From: Podarcis filfolensis
Lineage: Eukaryota
Strand: one strand, 5' to 3'
DNA: 64,000 bases
Assembly (NCBI GenBank): GCA_964270895.1
Contig: OZ185436.1
Every line of letters begins with the position of its first letter. The first letter of the stretch is position 1. Both the position numbers and the translations under genes were made by a program. The notes under the pieces were generated by a model. It had not been told where the DNA came from. It searched no databases and worked only from the letters and a program-made list of their open reading frames with translations. Positions 24,343 through 38,530 of the stretch are shown here, in pieces.

Positions 24343-26452
24343 TATTTATTGCATTGGTCTTCTGAGACACAGCGGTCTCTACACCAATGGTGGGACATTT
24401 ATGGCACACAAGCAGCCCTAATTTGGGCCCCAAGAACGTTATCCTTAGTCCATGTCCATCTATACCACGTGTGACATGAGGGGAGGGCATGTAAAGATGT
24501 GACTCCCAGCCTAAAGCAGAGTTTGAAGTTAGTGGTAGCTTCCAATCCCTGGGCTTTCAAACCAGTTTGGCAAAAGAATTGGGGTTCGCAGGTGCTGGCA
24601 GACATCAACATCTGCAACCCTCATAGAGTCTTTGCCTGTGGCGTTGGATTTCAAACCGCATGGGCAAAGGAAAACATTTCACCACCTGAGAAAATGTTTC
24701 ACCTGTTGTCATTGTGACATCAGATGATTGACAGGTGCACTTTTCAAAATGGGCTGCACGGTTTCTGGAGAGTAGGATTATGTCCCCCAGCTGGAAGCAG
24801 TTCTCCATGCTTGTTCTAGGATCTAGGTGACCTATAATCAAGTTAAAAACGTGCAAAATTGTTTAAAATGTACACCACAATGGAAAATCAATATATAAAA
24901 CTCCGGGTTCCACAGACGGGGTGAGAAATTTATCAGCAACCAAGAGTGGCACTAGCATAAACCCTTCACACAGCTTGATTAAACTGTATTTTGATAGTTC
25001 AAGAAAAGAAAAATCTTAACTTGGTGCTGAAAAGATTTTGGTGTCAGGGCCAAACAGGTTCATGCTAAATAAGAACTGAGTTAGAAAGAGCAGGAATTCA
25101 TATCTGTTTCTATTCTAGGGTGCTCTTTTGAGGGATGGGGTGGAGTGGACACACTGAGGCCCAGCTATATCAAAATTTGATATCTTAATTTGATATTTCT
25201 TAATTTTCTCACTTCCATTCCTGGGAATAATTAAAAAGTCATCCTCAGTGTGAACCAAGAAATGACCTGTCCAGACAATGGTTCATTCTACCATACATAT
25301 GCTTGTCTGTATGTCCTTTTCCAGCCACTCCATTCTAATCCCCCCTCCTACCTGGCTGCCAGGTATTTCAGCTCTCCACTTCTCAGCATTCCATACCATT
25401 GAGTTATTATGGGCTGGCTTGGAGATATATAGAAATATTTCCATATTTCAGAATTGTTGTGCGTCCCTCAGGTTTACCTCAAGTCGGCCAGTGCTTTTCT
25501 CTTGTGCATGGCTGTCTTAAGCACAATACTCATGGGTATTACTGTACAAATATTGGTGCGTGTATTTTTCAATATATGTTGGCATTTGTTCTAATAGTTA
25601 CCTCAGTGAAACTGAACCGTCTCTGAGCATAATCACATAGCTTCCTTCTTACCCTAAGCAACTAACATCTCGTTTTCTCTCATTTAATGTGGCTCTTGAG
25701 TAAGCAAAAACACCTGGCTTTCAAAGTTCTGTCTGCTTGCACTTCCGCTTTTTCTCTCTCATAAGCGTGAGAACACAGGAAACATCTGCCTAATCAAGCA
25801 ATAGATGACTGGTACAATGCACAGTAAACCATAAGTGCAAACGGTATTTTGCATGAATATGCTAACAAGCAAAATCTTGAAACGAATGGTAGGCCTAGTA
25901 CTTGAAGCCAAACTAAATGTCTTAATTTGATCTTGAGAGCTATGTATAACACATAAGCTGTATTTAGCAAGTTTCTGGAGTTAGGTTTTTTTCTTTTTGA
26001 AAAAGCTGCAGTGGGATGCAAATATAATCAGAGGAGCGATAAAGAGAAGAGTCTATCTAACCTTTTCCCTGTTGGATTGCTTTCCCATCTGTTGGTGAAA
26101 GGATTAAGTCTAGGCCAAAATCCTTACCTCCCAGTTTCCCAAAAACATCCCTGCTGAAAATATGGACCAGCTTCCTACTCATTTCTTGGGACAGAAGTAG
26201 TTTCCGCCATTTTGTTTTTGAGGGAGGAGCTGCCCTTATCTTTGTTAACCTCATGAGGAGTCCAAATGTTTTCCACGTTTCTTGCTTTTTTAATAGTGTC
26301 ACAGGGCTCTCAGCACTTTATGCAATGCCTTTGGAGTGATGCAGTGTGACAATGCCGTAGTACAGTTGGTCATGGAACTGACTAGAGGGGTGGCAGCCAT
26401 AGACTTAGTATTAAGTAATGCCCAGGACCTTGTGGAAGATGTAACTAGAATA

Positions 26453-26592
26453 ATATAATTGTAGAGCTGGAAGGGATCATGAGGGTCATCTAGTCCAACC
26501 CCCTGCAATGCAGGAATCTTTTTGCCCAACGTGGGGCTCAAACCCACAACCCTGAGATTAAGAGTCTCATGTTCTACCAATTTACCTATCCG
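26453..26592 (-). mobile_element. tRNA-Lys(CTT)-derived SINE with CR1-type tail
   Basis: Head GGTAGAACATGAGACTCTTAATCTCAGGGTTGTGGGTTTGAGCCCCACGTTGGGC resembles tRNA-Lys-CTT and is fused to a GGACTAGATGACCC...CCCTTCCAGCTCTAC tail. Confidence 0.8.
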
Positions 26593-26834
26593 GTTGCTGA
26601 ACTGATTGGAAACAGTGACCATAGTGTTAGCAAGTATCTATCTAAATGGACAGCTGCAAAGGAAGTCCTAACACATGTTGCTTCCAAATGCCTGTTTATT
26701 GCGCATTCATCCCAATTTGTTTACACAGCGTTTGTGTGAAGGTTATATATCAGCTGCTTATTAAGCATTCATTCTGACTTGTTTGTGTGGAGACTGTACA
26801 ACATCATATCAAGCAATTGTTGATATCCATCACT

Positions 26835-27945
26835 TTCTAGTACATTTGCATCTGTCTTTGCGACCGAAGATGTATGGCAAATATCTGTTCCCGAACAAAT
26901 GTTACAGAGAATGGAGTCCTCGGAACTGAGGCAAGTTGCAGTGACAAGAGACACATTTCTAGGTCTTATTGACAAATTAAAAGCTGACAAATCGCCAGAT
27001 GGCATCCACCTGAGAGCTCTAAAATAACTCAAATGTGAAATTGCTGATAGTCTAACAAAAATATGTAACTTAAGAGCAGGCTCCATACCCAAGGACTGAA
27101 AAATGGCCAAGGTAACACCAATTTTAAAAAAGGAATCCTGGGGGAATCTTAAATATTACATGCCAGTTCACTAAACATCTGTTCTGGTAAAACTGCTATT
27201 AAATATAAAAATACCAAGCACATAGAATAATATGTCTTTCTGAAGCAGAACCAGTATGACTTTTGCAAGAGTCTCTCACTATCTCTCTAACTTTGTACAG
27301 TTCTTTGAGAGTGTCAACAAGTATATAGATAAAGGTGACCCAGCTGACATTGCATACTTGTTCAAAAAGCTTTTTTATAAGAGTCCCTTACCAAAAACTC
27401 CTGAGTATGTTTAGCTGTCGCTGAATAAGAGGAGAGGTCCCATAAATGGACAGTTCTCACAGTGGAGGGGTATAGAAAGTAGAGTCCCCAAAGGAGATGT
27501 GTTGAGACCTGTGCTTTTTAACTTGTTCATAAATGATCTAGAGTTAGTTGTGAGCAGTGAGGTCAATGATACCAAATTGTTTAGGGTGGTTAAGCAAAAA
27601 GGGATCAAGAGGATCTTACCAAATTAGGTGAATGGGCAGTACAATGGTGAATGCAATTCAGCATAAGCAGGTGCAAAGTGATGCAGATTGGCACAAATAT
27701 CTATCATCTATCTATCATCTATCATCTTCTTGATTTCACATGTAAACTAATGAGGCCTGAACTGATGGTGATTCACCAAGAACAAGAACTTGGGGGTATA
27801 GTGGATAGCTCAAAGATGTTGATCCAGTATGTAGCAGCTGTGAAAAAGATGAATTCCACTCAGGTCCTGCTTGTGAACATCTGGTTGGCTACTGTAAGAA
27901 CAGGATGCTGGACTAGATGGGTATTTGGCCTGATTCAGCCAACAC
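26835..27945 (+). mobile_element. CR1 LINE ORF2 (RT) relic, frameshifted
   Basis: Decayed CR1 motifs readable by eye: FASVF, DKSP.DGIH.R.L, W..A.VTPI.KK, GDP.DI.Y..F.KAF, FNLFINDLE...DTKL, QF..S.CKVM.IG. Confidence 0.8.
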
Positions 27946-29956
27946 TTTCTTGTGTTCAAATTGCATTACTCCCTTGGCATTCCAGGAAGTACAGCTGGGT
28001 GGAGGCTGCTGAATGCCTACTGCCACTTCCCACTGGCCTCACTTTCCAGAATGGCTTGGCAGCGATGCAATGTGGCGTCATTCCCATGGCATTTCAGTTA
28101 GTGCGGCAACAGGAAACTGCAGTGTGCACTGCTGTGAGCTGGGCAGGCCTTTTTAAAAGTTTTTTTTAAAAAAACCCCAAGGAAAATAATGGAAAACTCT
28201 TAGCCACCTTGTAAGGTTAACTAAGGTAAGTCACAATGCCTTAGAAATTTTGGGGAAATGTCTTTCCTCCAGTTTAGGACTCATCCACACCATCGCATAA
28301 AATGTCTAAAAATCCACATTTTTCTTATCTGAATTGGTCCATCGTAGTCCAAACCTGATCGCTTTGTACTTTCTTAATACTTGGATCAAACTATCCTCCC
28401 TGTCCATACTTGTAGGTGTGTTTATTTCATGCTTTTCCTATTTGCCTGCCTCTAGCCCACCTCTGCACCCACCACCCCTTTTTCCTTGATCATGAGTACG
28501 CATGAATGAACCTGCATGCGTGTTTCGTTTGTCTGCAAACATCCCTCCTCCCTCCCCTCCCACCACAGAGCTGGCCATCAAACACATTGCCAAGGATTGG
28601 AGGGGGGGGAGGAGGTGAGAGACAGGAGAAGAGTCCCATTCCACTCCCCGCTGGCTGCCTGTCAGAACTTCTGGGGGATATCCTTAAGTACTTGGGGCTG
28701 GAGGCTCAAACCATAAGGGCAGATTGACAGCATGCATTTAAAGGTTCTAGAAACCTTTCACTTTTGTTTGAGTCGGGGTCGTTCACTTTTTGAGAACTTA
28801 CCTCTTCTGACGCCCCTTCCTTTCAATTATTTCTCCGCCCCTGATCTCTACCTGGGCACTCTGAGCTGCTCAGTTGGCAGGAAAAAATCCAGGTTGAGGA
28901 AAGGGAAGGTGTGGGAGGCAGTGAATGGAGGTGAACAACAGAGAACTAATGAAGCTACAGGATGGTTACTAGCCACATTAAATGACAATATGAGCGAGCC
29001 CTTTTGGGGGTGGGGCTGCAGGATTTCCTTTTGTCCCCAACCCAAAGAATGGTTGGAAAAGAGTTCACCAACATGTTTGACTGTGCTCTAGAAAAGATAC
29101 CACTGCCAGTATTGCTTGTATGTGGAGAGATTTTGAGCATAACAGTCCTGGGGCGGGGGGGATTTAGCAGTCCCTTACCTCGCGTTCATCATTTCTCCAA
29201 ACCTTAACATAGCCTTAAATGACTGCTTGCCAATAGATTAATTGATACAAAACTCCTACTTAGCAAACCTGTGTCTGTAGCACTTCAGGCTGCAGGTGGG
29301 GACTCAGGTGACTGAAATGCTCCTCCATACAAAATTTCCCCTCTCTATAAAATACTAGATGTCTGGGAACAGGTTTCCAACCTAGCCTCCTCCCTGACAT
29401 GCTAGTTCTCTATATGTAGGGATTTATTTATCTTGTTATTTTTTACTGTGGAGGATTCCATCATATCAGCTCAACTGCAGTCTGAAGTACTGCAGCACTG
29501 CCCAGACATGGCTTTATTACCTCAGCGAGAATAAATCGAGTTGAAACGAGTGATTCATATTCATGACAGGGTGGCCTACTGATCTCATCATAACTTGGGC
29601 ACTACTAACCTCTGGACTGGAAGCAATAGTTTGCTTAAGTACAGGTAAGTGCAGTTTGGTTTCATGAGCAGATAGTAAAGAGTTCAGCTTCATTGCTGAG
29701 CTAACCAGTTTTTCAAAGCCACTTTCATTTTATTCCGTTTCCATTTTATTTCTCCCCATCCTTTACAACATTGCTGTCTTTATTCTCGCAAGAAAACTGC
29801 AAGATGGATTCTGTGGAGACATATGGGTAGTTCAGATGAGCCACCTTCATGCATATAGCTAACCTCTTGTGTGCTAGTGGCAAGAAGCAAGGCTTTTATT
29901 TACACGAGACAACCTTACAGTAACTTCATCATGCTTCTGACATCACCCACATCCTG

Positions 29957-30147
29957 CAGGGGCGCCAACTTGAATAAAATATTGTGGGGGACCAGGTAAG
30001 CCCCGCCCTGCATAATCGATCAAATGATACTGTACACATACACCATTTGAATGGCAATGTCCATCAACTTTGGGGGGCTCCAGCCCACTCAGATATTTTA
30101 TTGTGGGGGGCCAAAGCCACCACGGCCCCTAGGAGTTGGTTCCTATG
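29957..30147. mobile_element. hAT-type MITE
   Basis: CAGGGGCGCCAACT ... AGTTGGTTCCTATG; 7/8 TSD (a/g)catcctg; second copy at 37195-37380. Confidence 0.75.
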
Positions 30148-31222
30148 GCATCCTGTCAACATCCACAAAGTTCTTCCATATCCTAGTGAAAGGATCTGCT
30201 TATTCCCTCCCACCCTTCTAGAGGTAAGTCCTCATACCTGACAGAATGGTACTCCAAAGGATTCCCCGAAATGCAGGGAAAGCTTATGGCGGGGTGGGAA
30301 ACACAGGGGCTGTGCTAAAGAGCAGTGGCGAAAAAGCTCTCATGCAGAGCCTGGGTATCTCTTTGAATCACAACCTACACTTCTGTTCCTCCTAGGAAAT
30401 TTCAAAACTGCTTACTCAGGGCTGCCCGTGATTTCCAATCTAAGCACTTACCAGGTTCATATCCATAGCTTCCGAGATTCTACAGTGTCAGGTGTTCTCA
30501 GGTCTTTATTTAAGGCACTGCAGCAAATCCAGCTGAACTGGAACACACAGGAGGAAGTAGGTCATGCTTGCCTGGAAGTTCTTCATTTTTCTTTTTTTGG
30601 CACTTTAGCACCAAAATAGAAACAAGAGCAAAGTGGCGGAGGAAAATTCTTCTGGCTCTGCAGAACACGATTGCTTCCCCCAACCCATGATTGTTTCTGC
30701 CTCCCATGTATCTCACTTCATTAGTAACCAGTTTGCATGGAAAGCCTGGTTAGCCAAAGGCTACTCTTAAATATTTGGCTTCAGTTATATCTGCTGGATG
30801 ATAAAACATTTTAAGCCTACCTATAACTGAGAAGCTAACTTTTTATATTTAAAAAAAGAACCACTCATGTTTGCAAATACATAAGTGAGATAATACATAA
30901 TATTATGTATATGTACAGGACACCACAGGGTGTGCGTGATACAGGGTCTCCAAGCTGAGACAGAAAATGCTCCTTTTCCAAGTCTGATTTAAAGCCTGGA
31001 GAAAACTGAAGAGTAATCAAGTACTGCTATAGCCCTTCATATTGCTATGTCTTTTACTGCTTTGGCAGCAGCCCAATTCTTTGCTAGCAGCTCCAACTGG
31101 AATAACTTGTAATTTGCTGTAACCCTGAATGTTGCTGTAACTGAATTTTTATACAGTGCATATCCATGCATGATTGTAGGCCTGTTCCATCATACTCTTG
31201 CAAGGTTATTGTTAGTTCCTGC

Positions 31223-31393
31223 CATGGGTGTAGCCAGGATTTTTGTTGGGGGAAGCAGTACTTTTCTGGGGGGGGCAGAACTTTTATTAGTGGGGGCAGA
31301 ACCGACGTGATTGGTCAGATAGTTATTTCTATTGTTTTACTTGATGGGGGGGGCAGCTGCTCCCTGCTCCCTTCCCCATTGGCTACACCCATG
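31223..31393. mobile_element. hAT-type MITE
   Basis: TIRs CATGGGTGTAGCC ... GGCTACACCCATG; exact 8-bp TSD gttcctgc. Confidence 0.88.
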
Positions 31394-33341
31394 GTTCCTG
31401 CATGCCTTTATTTAAAAAGTAGAAGGTCTTCTATGGATGGCTGCTCCAACTTTTAATATCCTTGTTGTGTCTGATAATCTTAGTCATTTTAATGGGGGCT
31501 GGATGTTTTTAATGTATGAATTTCCACCCCTTGATTTTAATGGGGTTTTTTTTTTTTTTTTGGTGTTTTGTAGGTTGTACTGAGTTGCACTGGCAGGAAA
31601 AAGTAACTAATCAATATATTAAATAATAAAAATATAAAACATCTGTTCATGCATCTGTACTTTTTTTAAAATATCTTTATAAGCTTCCCACTTAAATTTA
31701 GGCTTCCTTCTTCTTTGTACCTTGTCAGGTACATCAAGGAGGCTCAGGCCACAATCCTAGCCACCCTTTCGTTGGAGTAAGAACACTGTGGGACTTACTC
31801 CCAAGTCGACGTGTTATAAAATTGCTTTGTTATAGAGATTAATGTTAAGTGCCCAACTTCAGCTTTTAAAAAATACATTGAGTTATATTTGGCACCTCAG
31901 ATTGCCTGCTATTTTGAGACTGCTTAATTCTCTCCTTGGAGACATAATGGGCTGAACGTGGAGTGGAATGGCGGAGTCCCCACCCCCACCCCTCAATTTC
32001 CTTAATACAGAACCACTTTATATTTCTTCGGCAGGTCTAGACCAATGTACTTTGATGGATCTTCATGTCCTTGATCAGCAACCTGCCTCTCTGGATTGCA
32101 TTGGCAATATGCATGCCATGCAGTTAACTTCTGCAGATGCATTCCTGCTGGGAGTTATCAAATCAGCTGTTCTAATTTAGCACTGCACTGTGATGCTGGT
32201 AAGGATTTTCCAGCCCAACTATCTTGGTTGTCGTTTTTTTATTTGTCCTTGCTTTTGCTCTCATCCTCCAGCAGTTTCTACCCTCCAGAGAACTGCTCGT
32301 TGCTGAGGAGGACTTGATATTTTTCATTTATTTGTACTCCCCCCTGCTTCACATGCGCGCTAACTGTCCCTGATCTCCCAAAAGAAAGCTGGCACAAGAA
32401 TACAGTTTTAAGAGCCACCAAAAATGGCTTTTCATCGATGGTTGTGATATCTCTGGTACATAATCTCCCATGATAGTTTTGTTGCTAAGTGAGGTGCTCT
32501 TTTGTCATAATGCCCTCTTGTTCTTCTTTGGATTGCAATGTGCAAATGGTTTATGGCTGAGAAGCACACAAAAGCACTTCTAGTTTTCTTTTATGGGTGC
32601 TTTTTATGAGAGCTGAGCCGTTTGGAAGCTTGAGTCATGCCTACTTGGAGAATCAGGAAAAACAGGTCTCCACCTAGGTGCCTGCAAGTAGACCATATAT
32701 GGGTATTAAAAAGCAAGCAGTGAACATTCTTGCTCCAGATTTACAATGTTGTATAATGCTGCCACCTAATGGATACCTGCATTATTGTTTGAATGATTTC
32801 TGTTGATACACGGATAAGCAAAGGGATATAATTGCCATGAAACCAACCCTCCTTACCCCAAGTGACTTAAATCCTTATCCGGGGACTGGGACTATAAAGA
32901 AATCACTTCAACTCAACGTTTTTGGAGTCAATGTTGCGATATTAGCGAGGTGAATCTGAGAATGAATTCAAAATCAGGTTGGCAGAATAGTTAAGCATTT
33001 GCGTGTGTGCTTTTCCCCCACGAATCAGCCCAGAGGGCAAAGATCCCACAGAATGTTGCTATGGATTGAGTGAGCACAACATATGTGGGGGAGTCCTTGA
33101 ACCACATTCTTGTTCACACATGGATCACAGTCACCTGGTTCAGCAGTAAAGCAGTATTACGCACGCATAACCTTATATTTACAATACTGAAACACTTCTC
33201 AGGAACTAGCTTCTTTAAAACATTTCCTCCTTCATGTATTCCCAGTACACCTCTGCACGTTCATGCAAACATTTGAAATAGCACTGAGATGATGTGGCCA
33301 TGATTCTGACTTGCTGTGGAAATGTGGATATAAATTATGCT

Positions 33342-33731
33342 CAGACCCTCCAAGTGTCCCTGTTTTCCAGGAACAGTCTCGGATTTACAGAAGTCATCCC
33401 TGTTTCTGATATGATCCTGGAATGTCCCACTTTTCATTAAGATGTCCCTAGTTTGACTGAAGAAATGCTGGAGGGAGTTATGCAACCTCTGATCCAAGGA
33501 GAGAAATAGCGATACAACCTTTAGAAGATATCTGAAGGCAGCTCCTGTATAGGAAAGGGTTTTTTAAATGTTTAATGTTTATTATGTTTCTATATATTTT
33601 GGAAGTCACCCAGGGTGGCTGGGGCAACCCAGTCAGATAGGCAGGGTATAAACATGATGATGATGACCTTGATGATGATGATGATGAAATAGGACATCCC
33701 TATTTTCATCAGAGAAATGTTGGAGGGTAGG
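33342..33731. mobile_element. hAT-type MITE with a nested L2-like 3' tail (about 33545-33685)
   Basis: Termini ACCCTCCAA ... TTGGAGGGT; 7/8 TSD attatg(c/t)t; internal GAT-repeat-tailed LINE end. Confidence 0.65.
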
Positions 33732-36700
33732 ATTATGTTTCCTGAAGTGTTTATCAGTGAGCAGGTGCGTGACCATATTCCTATTTGCAGAATGCCATTG
33801 GGATGCTATACCTTGAGATGTAAGCAACGAAAGAGAAGTTACCATTCACTGATCTCGGCAAAATAACAATAATTGGCTATTACTTCCTACCTGTCTCACA
33901 GTGGATCTCTTTGTGTGTGTGTGTGCATTGTTGCATCCAGTCTGGCATTGCAGCAAACACAGGGCTCCTATGATTTGGTCCACCAACAGCAGAAGGAGTT
34001 GAATGGTGATTTCTCCTGTCTCTTAATTTTGGGGCCATCCTTGATGAGCAATATACAGCCAGGACCTTGCTCCCCCGCCCCCACGACCCACACAAAGAAA
34101 AAGGAAAGGAGCTACAGAAACCGCAAACTGGAGGGATGAGCCTGGAATTCCTGCCCTTGGAGCCTTTCTATGGCTCCCCTTTGGCATCGGTTTCCTATGT
34201 ATGGTGCACACATGTGACCAATGGACCTACCTTCAAGTCATGATTGGCTTCTGACTTGGAGGAGAGTGGTCATATATTGCTCCAGTTGATGCTGACTCCT
34301 GGAACTTTCCCATACAGAACCCCCAAGGAGATTTCCAAAGAACCTTAATGAAACACTGTCACCTCCGTGGGAATATGTTAGAGGTGGTGATGGTGAGGAT
34401 CTGTGTATCCCAAAATATTAGCCTAGAATCTGTCCTCCTAGGTGTTTGTTTTGAATAAAATCAGGAAAGTGATATATGGGTCACCCAATAAAACATCTTT
34501 CTTGCTTCCTTGGGAGCCTCAGTACACTCCCAGCTGCAATTCAATTATTTCTGCCCATTGACTGGGATTTTCCATGCTTTGATCATTCTGTCTATACAGC
34601 CAAATATGTCCAAACCTCTGCTGTATCGCTCAGAGGTCTGAAATGAGCCTAACAGAGCAAGTGGCCTACCATCTTTATAGTACAGCACTGGCAGCAGAAA
34701 AACTCGGAGAAGAGAAACACACAATAATTATGTCTGTTTAGCACCAACAAAAGAAGGGACTTTCAGGTTTGGGCTGGCTCTTTATTTCCTCTCTAGACCA
34801 TGGTGCTGCTTTGCAATGACAGATTCAAATCCCTGCTAAACCCTAAGAGCTGGGTCAATATATGGAATGGGTCCATATAGAATGGTAGAGTTGGAAGGGG
34901 AACCCTAGGGTCATCTAGTCCAACCTCAAAGGATGCAGAGCCATGGAATCTCAAATTGTATTTGTCATTCTCCCTTAAAGCAGCTCAAGTGTAACTAAAG
35001 GAAAAGCGGCATCTGTGTGCTTTCTTCATGTTTGTACAGTTTTGAGCATTTTTAAATAGTTTATTTCACTTCTTCTTCTCAAGGAAAAAAAAAGATTTGG
35101 CATCCAGCGCTGCTGTTCTGCTTGCACAAGAGACTTTCACTTGCACAGCAGAACTTCCCCTCTTCTTCACCGCAGTGTGTGCGCTCCCCGCCCCCAGAAC
35201 CACCAACCCCCTGGAACAGCTTTTGGGGACTTGCAAGGAGAGGAGAGGAAGGGGGAATCCAGTTGCATGAGCAGATCCCTGCTCACACAGCATTGGCTAC
35301 AACCCAGTATTTTTTAGGACAAGTGCCTTTCTGCTGTACAGGGTTGGTGTTCATAAAACCCTTTAAAATGCAGTAATACATCAAAAGTGGGGTGAACCGA
35401 AGCAACTTTGTTGCCTGTGCCCAAGTTAGAATACTTCCTCTCGATGTATGCTTCTGTTTTCTTTCCTGTGAAGGATGTGCATTTCCCATCACACACACAT
35501 CGCTCCTGTGTGTTTTTGTTCAAAGGTGAGAGACAGCTTTCCTCTTGCAGCAAAACCAGGTAGTCTACCTGAACCAACGCTCTTGTGTCCTAGGTTGACT
35601 ACTGTACATTATGTCTGCTCAGTGCTTTTTTTCTTAAAAAATGTTTAGGGGTACACTCATTCCATCTGAGACTCAGGAAACACCATGACAGGAAACGTGG
35701 CTGCCATCGGGGGTAGCAACGGAACTGATGATTCACCATGTTAGAGAAGAAACAAAATTTTAACTTTTTCAGTTTCTTCTCCCATTAGAGTCACAAAATA
35801 TTTAGGGGTATGCGTCCCCCGCAGAAAAAAAAGCATTGCGTCTCCTAGCCCAGCACCAAGAGCCCCCCCAGCTGCTGCCTTGCTATGGCCACCAAATTGT
35901 ACAGCATCTCTGCTTGGATTTCTAAGTTTCACATTTTGGAGCTGGCATAATAGGGTGAGATAATTATCAGTGCCACTGCAGGAACCTTAAAAAACACCAC
36001 CACCATGCACATGCTTTTGCTTGTGGGACCTTGTGTTTCCCATGCTGCTTGCAGCTGAGTAGTTCTCTATAAAATTAGCTCCGGATGACTGGATTCACAG
36101 ACTTTGCAGGATATTGCTTTCAGGACACCCATTCTGTGCCAGCATGCACAAGCAACCTCTCCACTGCCCCCTCCCCCTTGCCATGTCATTATGTCAGCAC
36201 TCTGCCCTTTATACAAGGGCACAGCCCCTGCTAATGGCTTCAATTCTGAAGTAGATCTCTGGCTTTCCTGTGACCTTGGCTGGTGCATTACTACAGGAGA
36301 CAGGAGCTTGTTTATGAGGCTACTTTAGAGCTGCCTGTTGTGCTTTCGGCTGCAGATGAAGAGAAGGGTTTATGCTGTTAGAAGTCAAATGGTACACAGT
36401 GAAATGTAGGGACAGAATTCAGAGATAGCTAAATAGTAAACGATGGACTTCAAAATTTGCAGATCTCCATATTTTTCAATGCAGTCCTGCAATCAACTAA
36501 TCATGTGTACAAAAAGGCAAAAGTTTGCACAATCTCCATATATTAGTGGAAATAAAATTATGTTTAGGGAAATGGCTTTCATCCAAAAATGTGACCATTA
36601 GGAGAAATGCGCACTAGAATGCTGACAAATTTTCATGAGGACATAAAAATAATAATCTCATACTGTTGTGGAAATGTGACAACTGGCTTTAAGATTGGAA

Positions 36701-37194
36701 AAATGAGAAACGGAGAGAATCCAAAACTGTGTTTGAATGTCCTGCCCTCTGGTGATTTCTAGGATTCCCCCATGCCTGTCAGTTGTAGTGCATGTTGTGC
36801 CAGAGATTCCCATTATGCTGTGCCCCAGCCCACAGTTTGGGAGTCACGTCTTAAAGAAAACAGACAAAGAGGCTCAAAACTTTAAAAATGCAGCTCAATA
36901 TAAACAAAAAGCATTACACAGAAATGAAACTGGTAAAAGTTAATATGAAACAGCAAAATCGTTAAGCAGCATCAGTTGTTATTACCTGCCCTTCCCCCAG
37001 CAGGTCCCAGGGTGAGTTACAACAATTTAAAATTCAATATTAAAAAGAGTTGAAACAAATTACAGCCACAGGAATAGGGTGGGAGCTGAAAACACATATC
37101 TCAAGTGTCAGAGGCCAAGGTAAAGCAGTGCATCTTCAGCATAGATAGTTTCCAAACTATATAACAACTGTGCCAGATTCACCTTTGTGGGAAG

Positions 37195-37380
37195 CAGGGG
37201 TGCCAATTTGAACAAACTATTGGGGGGGGGGAAGGTAAGCCCTGCCCCACATAATTAGTCACATGATGGGCCACACCCACACTATTTGAATGGCAATGCC
37301 CATCAACTTGGGGGGTGGCCCCCTCAAATATTTTATGGGGGGGCTGAAGGGACCTTGGCCCCTAGGAGTTGGTTCCTATG
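37195..37380. mobile_element. hAT-type MITE (same family as 29957-30147)
   Basis: Shared internal tttgaatggcaatg and terminal ggcccctaggagttggttcctatg. Confidence 0.75.
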
Positions 37381-38184
37381 GTGCGAGGGGAATTCCATAG
37401 ACCAGGAGCTGTGCAATCAGCTTGAATTTATCCCCAAAGCACCTTGGAATAAGTGCTTTGTAGTGCATATGGTTCAACTAGACCTACTTTCTGCCTCCAG
37501 AAACTACAGATTATATGCAATATATCTACCCCAAATATGCAGAAAGTAGCATGAGATTTTCACCCCTCTCTCATCCCTGCTGATTAGGAATTATTGTTAG
37601 ATCCAAACAGGTAGCTTTTATGACTCTTAGACAAAGTTTCTTTTTCCAATCAATATTGCCACCCCCTTGTTTTGGAAGATCCCAGAGCATAGGTTTGGTC
37701 GCCTAACCATTTGCCCTTGTGATGTTTTACCTTTCTACCCCCGCTTGGATCTTCTGTATCACATTTACACCTGGGTGTTCCTTTTTCAGGATTGCTTCTA
37801 CTCTAGATCGCTTCATGGTGGATCCCATGCAATTACCTTTAAAGCAGGCGGCACTATAGCCATAGCTGGGGGGAAATGGCACTTATCTGAGATGACAAGA
37901 GGAGGGAAGGAGAACATGGTGGCATGCTTGAGAATTAATTGCACGGCACATTCATCTCTCAACAGAAGAGAACAACAAGAACAACAGCAGACTTTGGTAA
38001 ATAAAGGTGCGTGCAGCCAAATATTTTTGAAGATATAACTTTAGTAAAAGGTTTATAAAAACCTGAAGTATATGCCCTCCTGTATATCATAATTCCATAC
38101 AGGAACAGAAAGGATTTTGTTAATTTTATTTTGGCATTGTCATGCTGGCTGGCAATGTGATTCTTTTGTAACTCTAGTTCCCAT

Positions 38185-38190
38185 TTTATT
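38185..38190 (-). terminator. Candidate polyadenylation signal of the TLR gene
   Basis: First AATAAA I found on the minus strand after the TLR stop codon (about 600 nt downstream); a second AATAAA is at 38125-38130. Confidence 0.5.
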
Positions 38191-38377
38191 CTACTTTCAA
38201 TCTTTTGTGAGTATCTGTGGGTGGGTCTCCTTTTAGAACAAAATATGGTCTAGGAACATATGGTACGATGGCAGTTTAGGAGTGTCATTGTTTAGATATT
38301 ATTTACCCACCACCTACAGTCGCCAGACTATTGCTACACATGTCCTTTCCTCGCCTGCCCACCCAGAGAGGTGGAGG

Positions 38378-38530
38378 TTTACTCAGAAGTAAGTCCCACT
38401 GTGTTCATGGGGATTATACTCAGATGCACAGGATTGCAGCCTGTAATCCTATGCAAACTACATGGGAGTAAGACCATTGAACATAGTGGCAATTGCTTCT
38501 AAGTAAGTATGCATAGGATCAGATTGCAAG
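38378..38530. repeat. Two old short hairpin repeats (gtaagtcccatt/ctg family) in the putative TLR 3' UTR
   Basis: ATCCTATGCA (38446-38455) and TGCATAGGAT (38510-38519) inverted arms; related copies at about 31745-31830 and 51600-51670. Confidence 0.55.

Noticed and set aside
26524-26592. tRNA-Lys-like sequence
   Set aside because: Degenerate acceptor and D arms, fused to a CR1-type tail and present in a second copy; a SINE head, not a tRNA gene.
27651-28169. 172-aa ORF
   Set aside because: Partly a decayed CR1 RT frame running into flanking DNA; not an independent gene.
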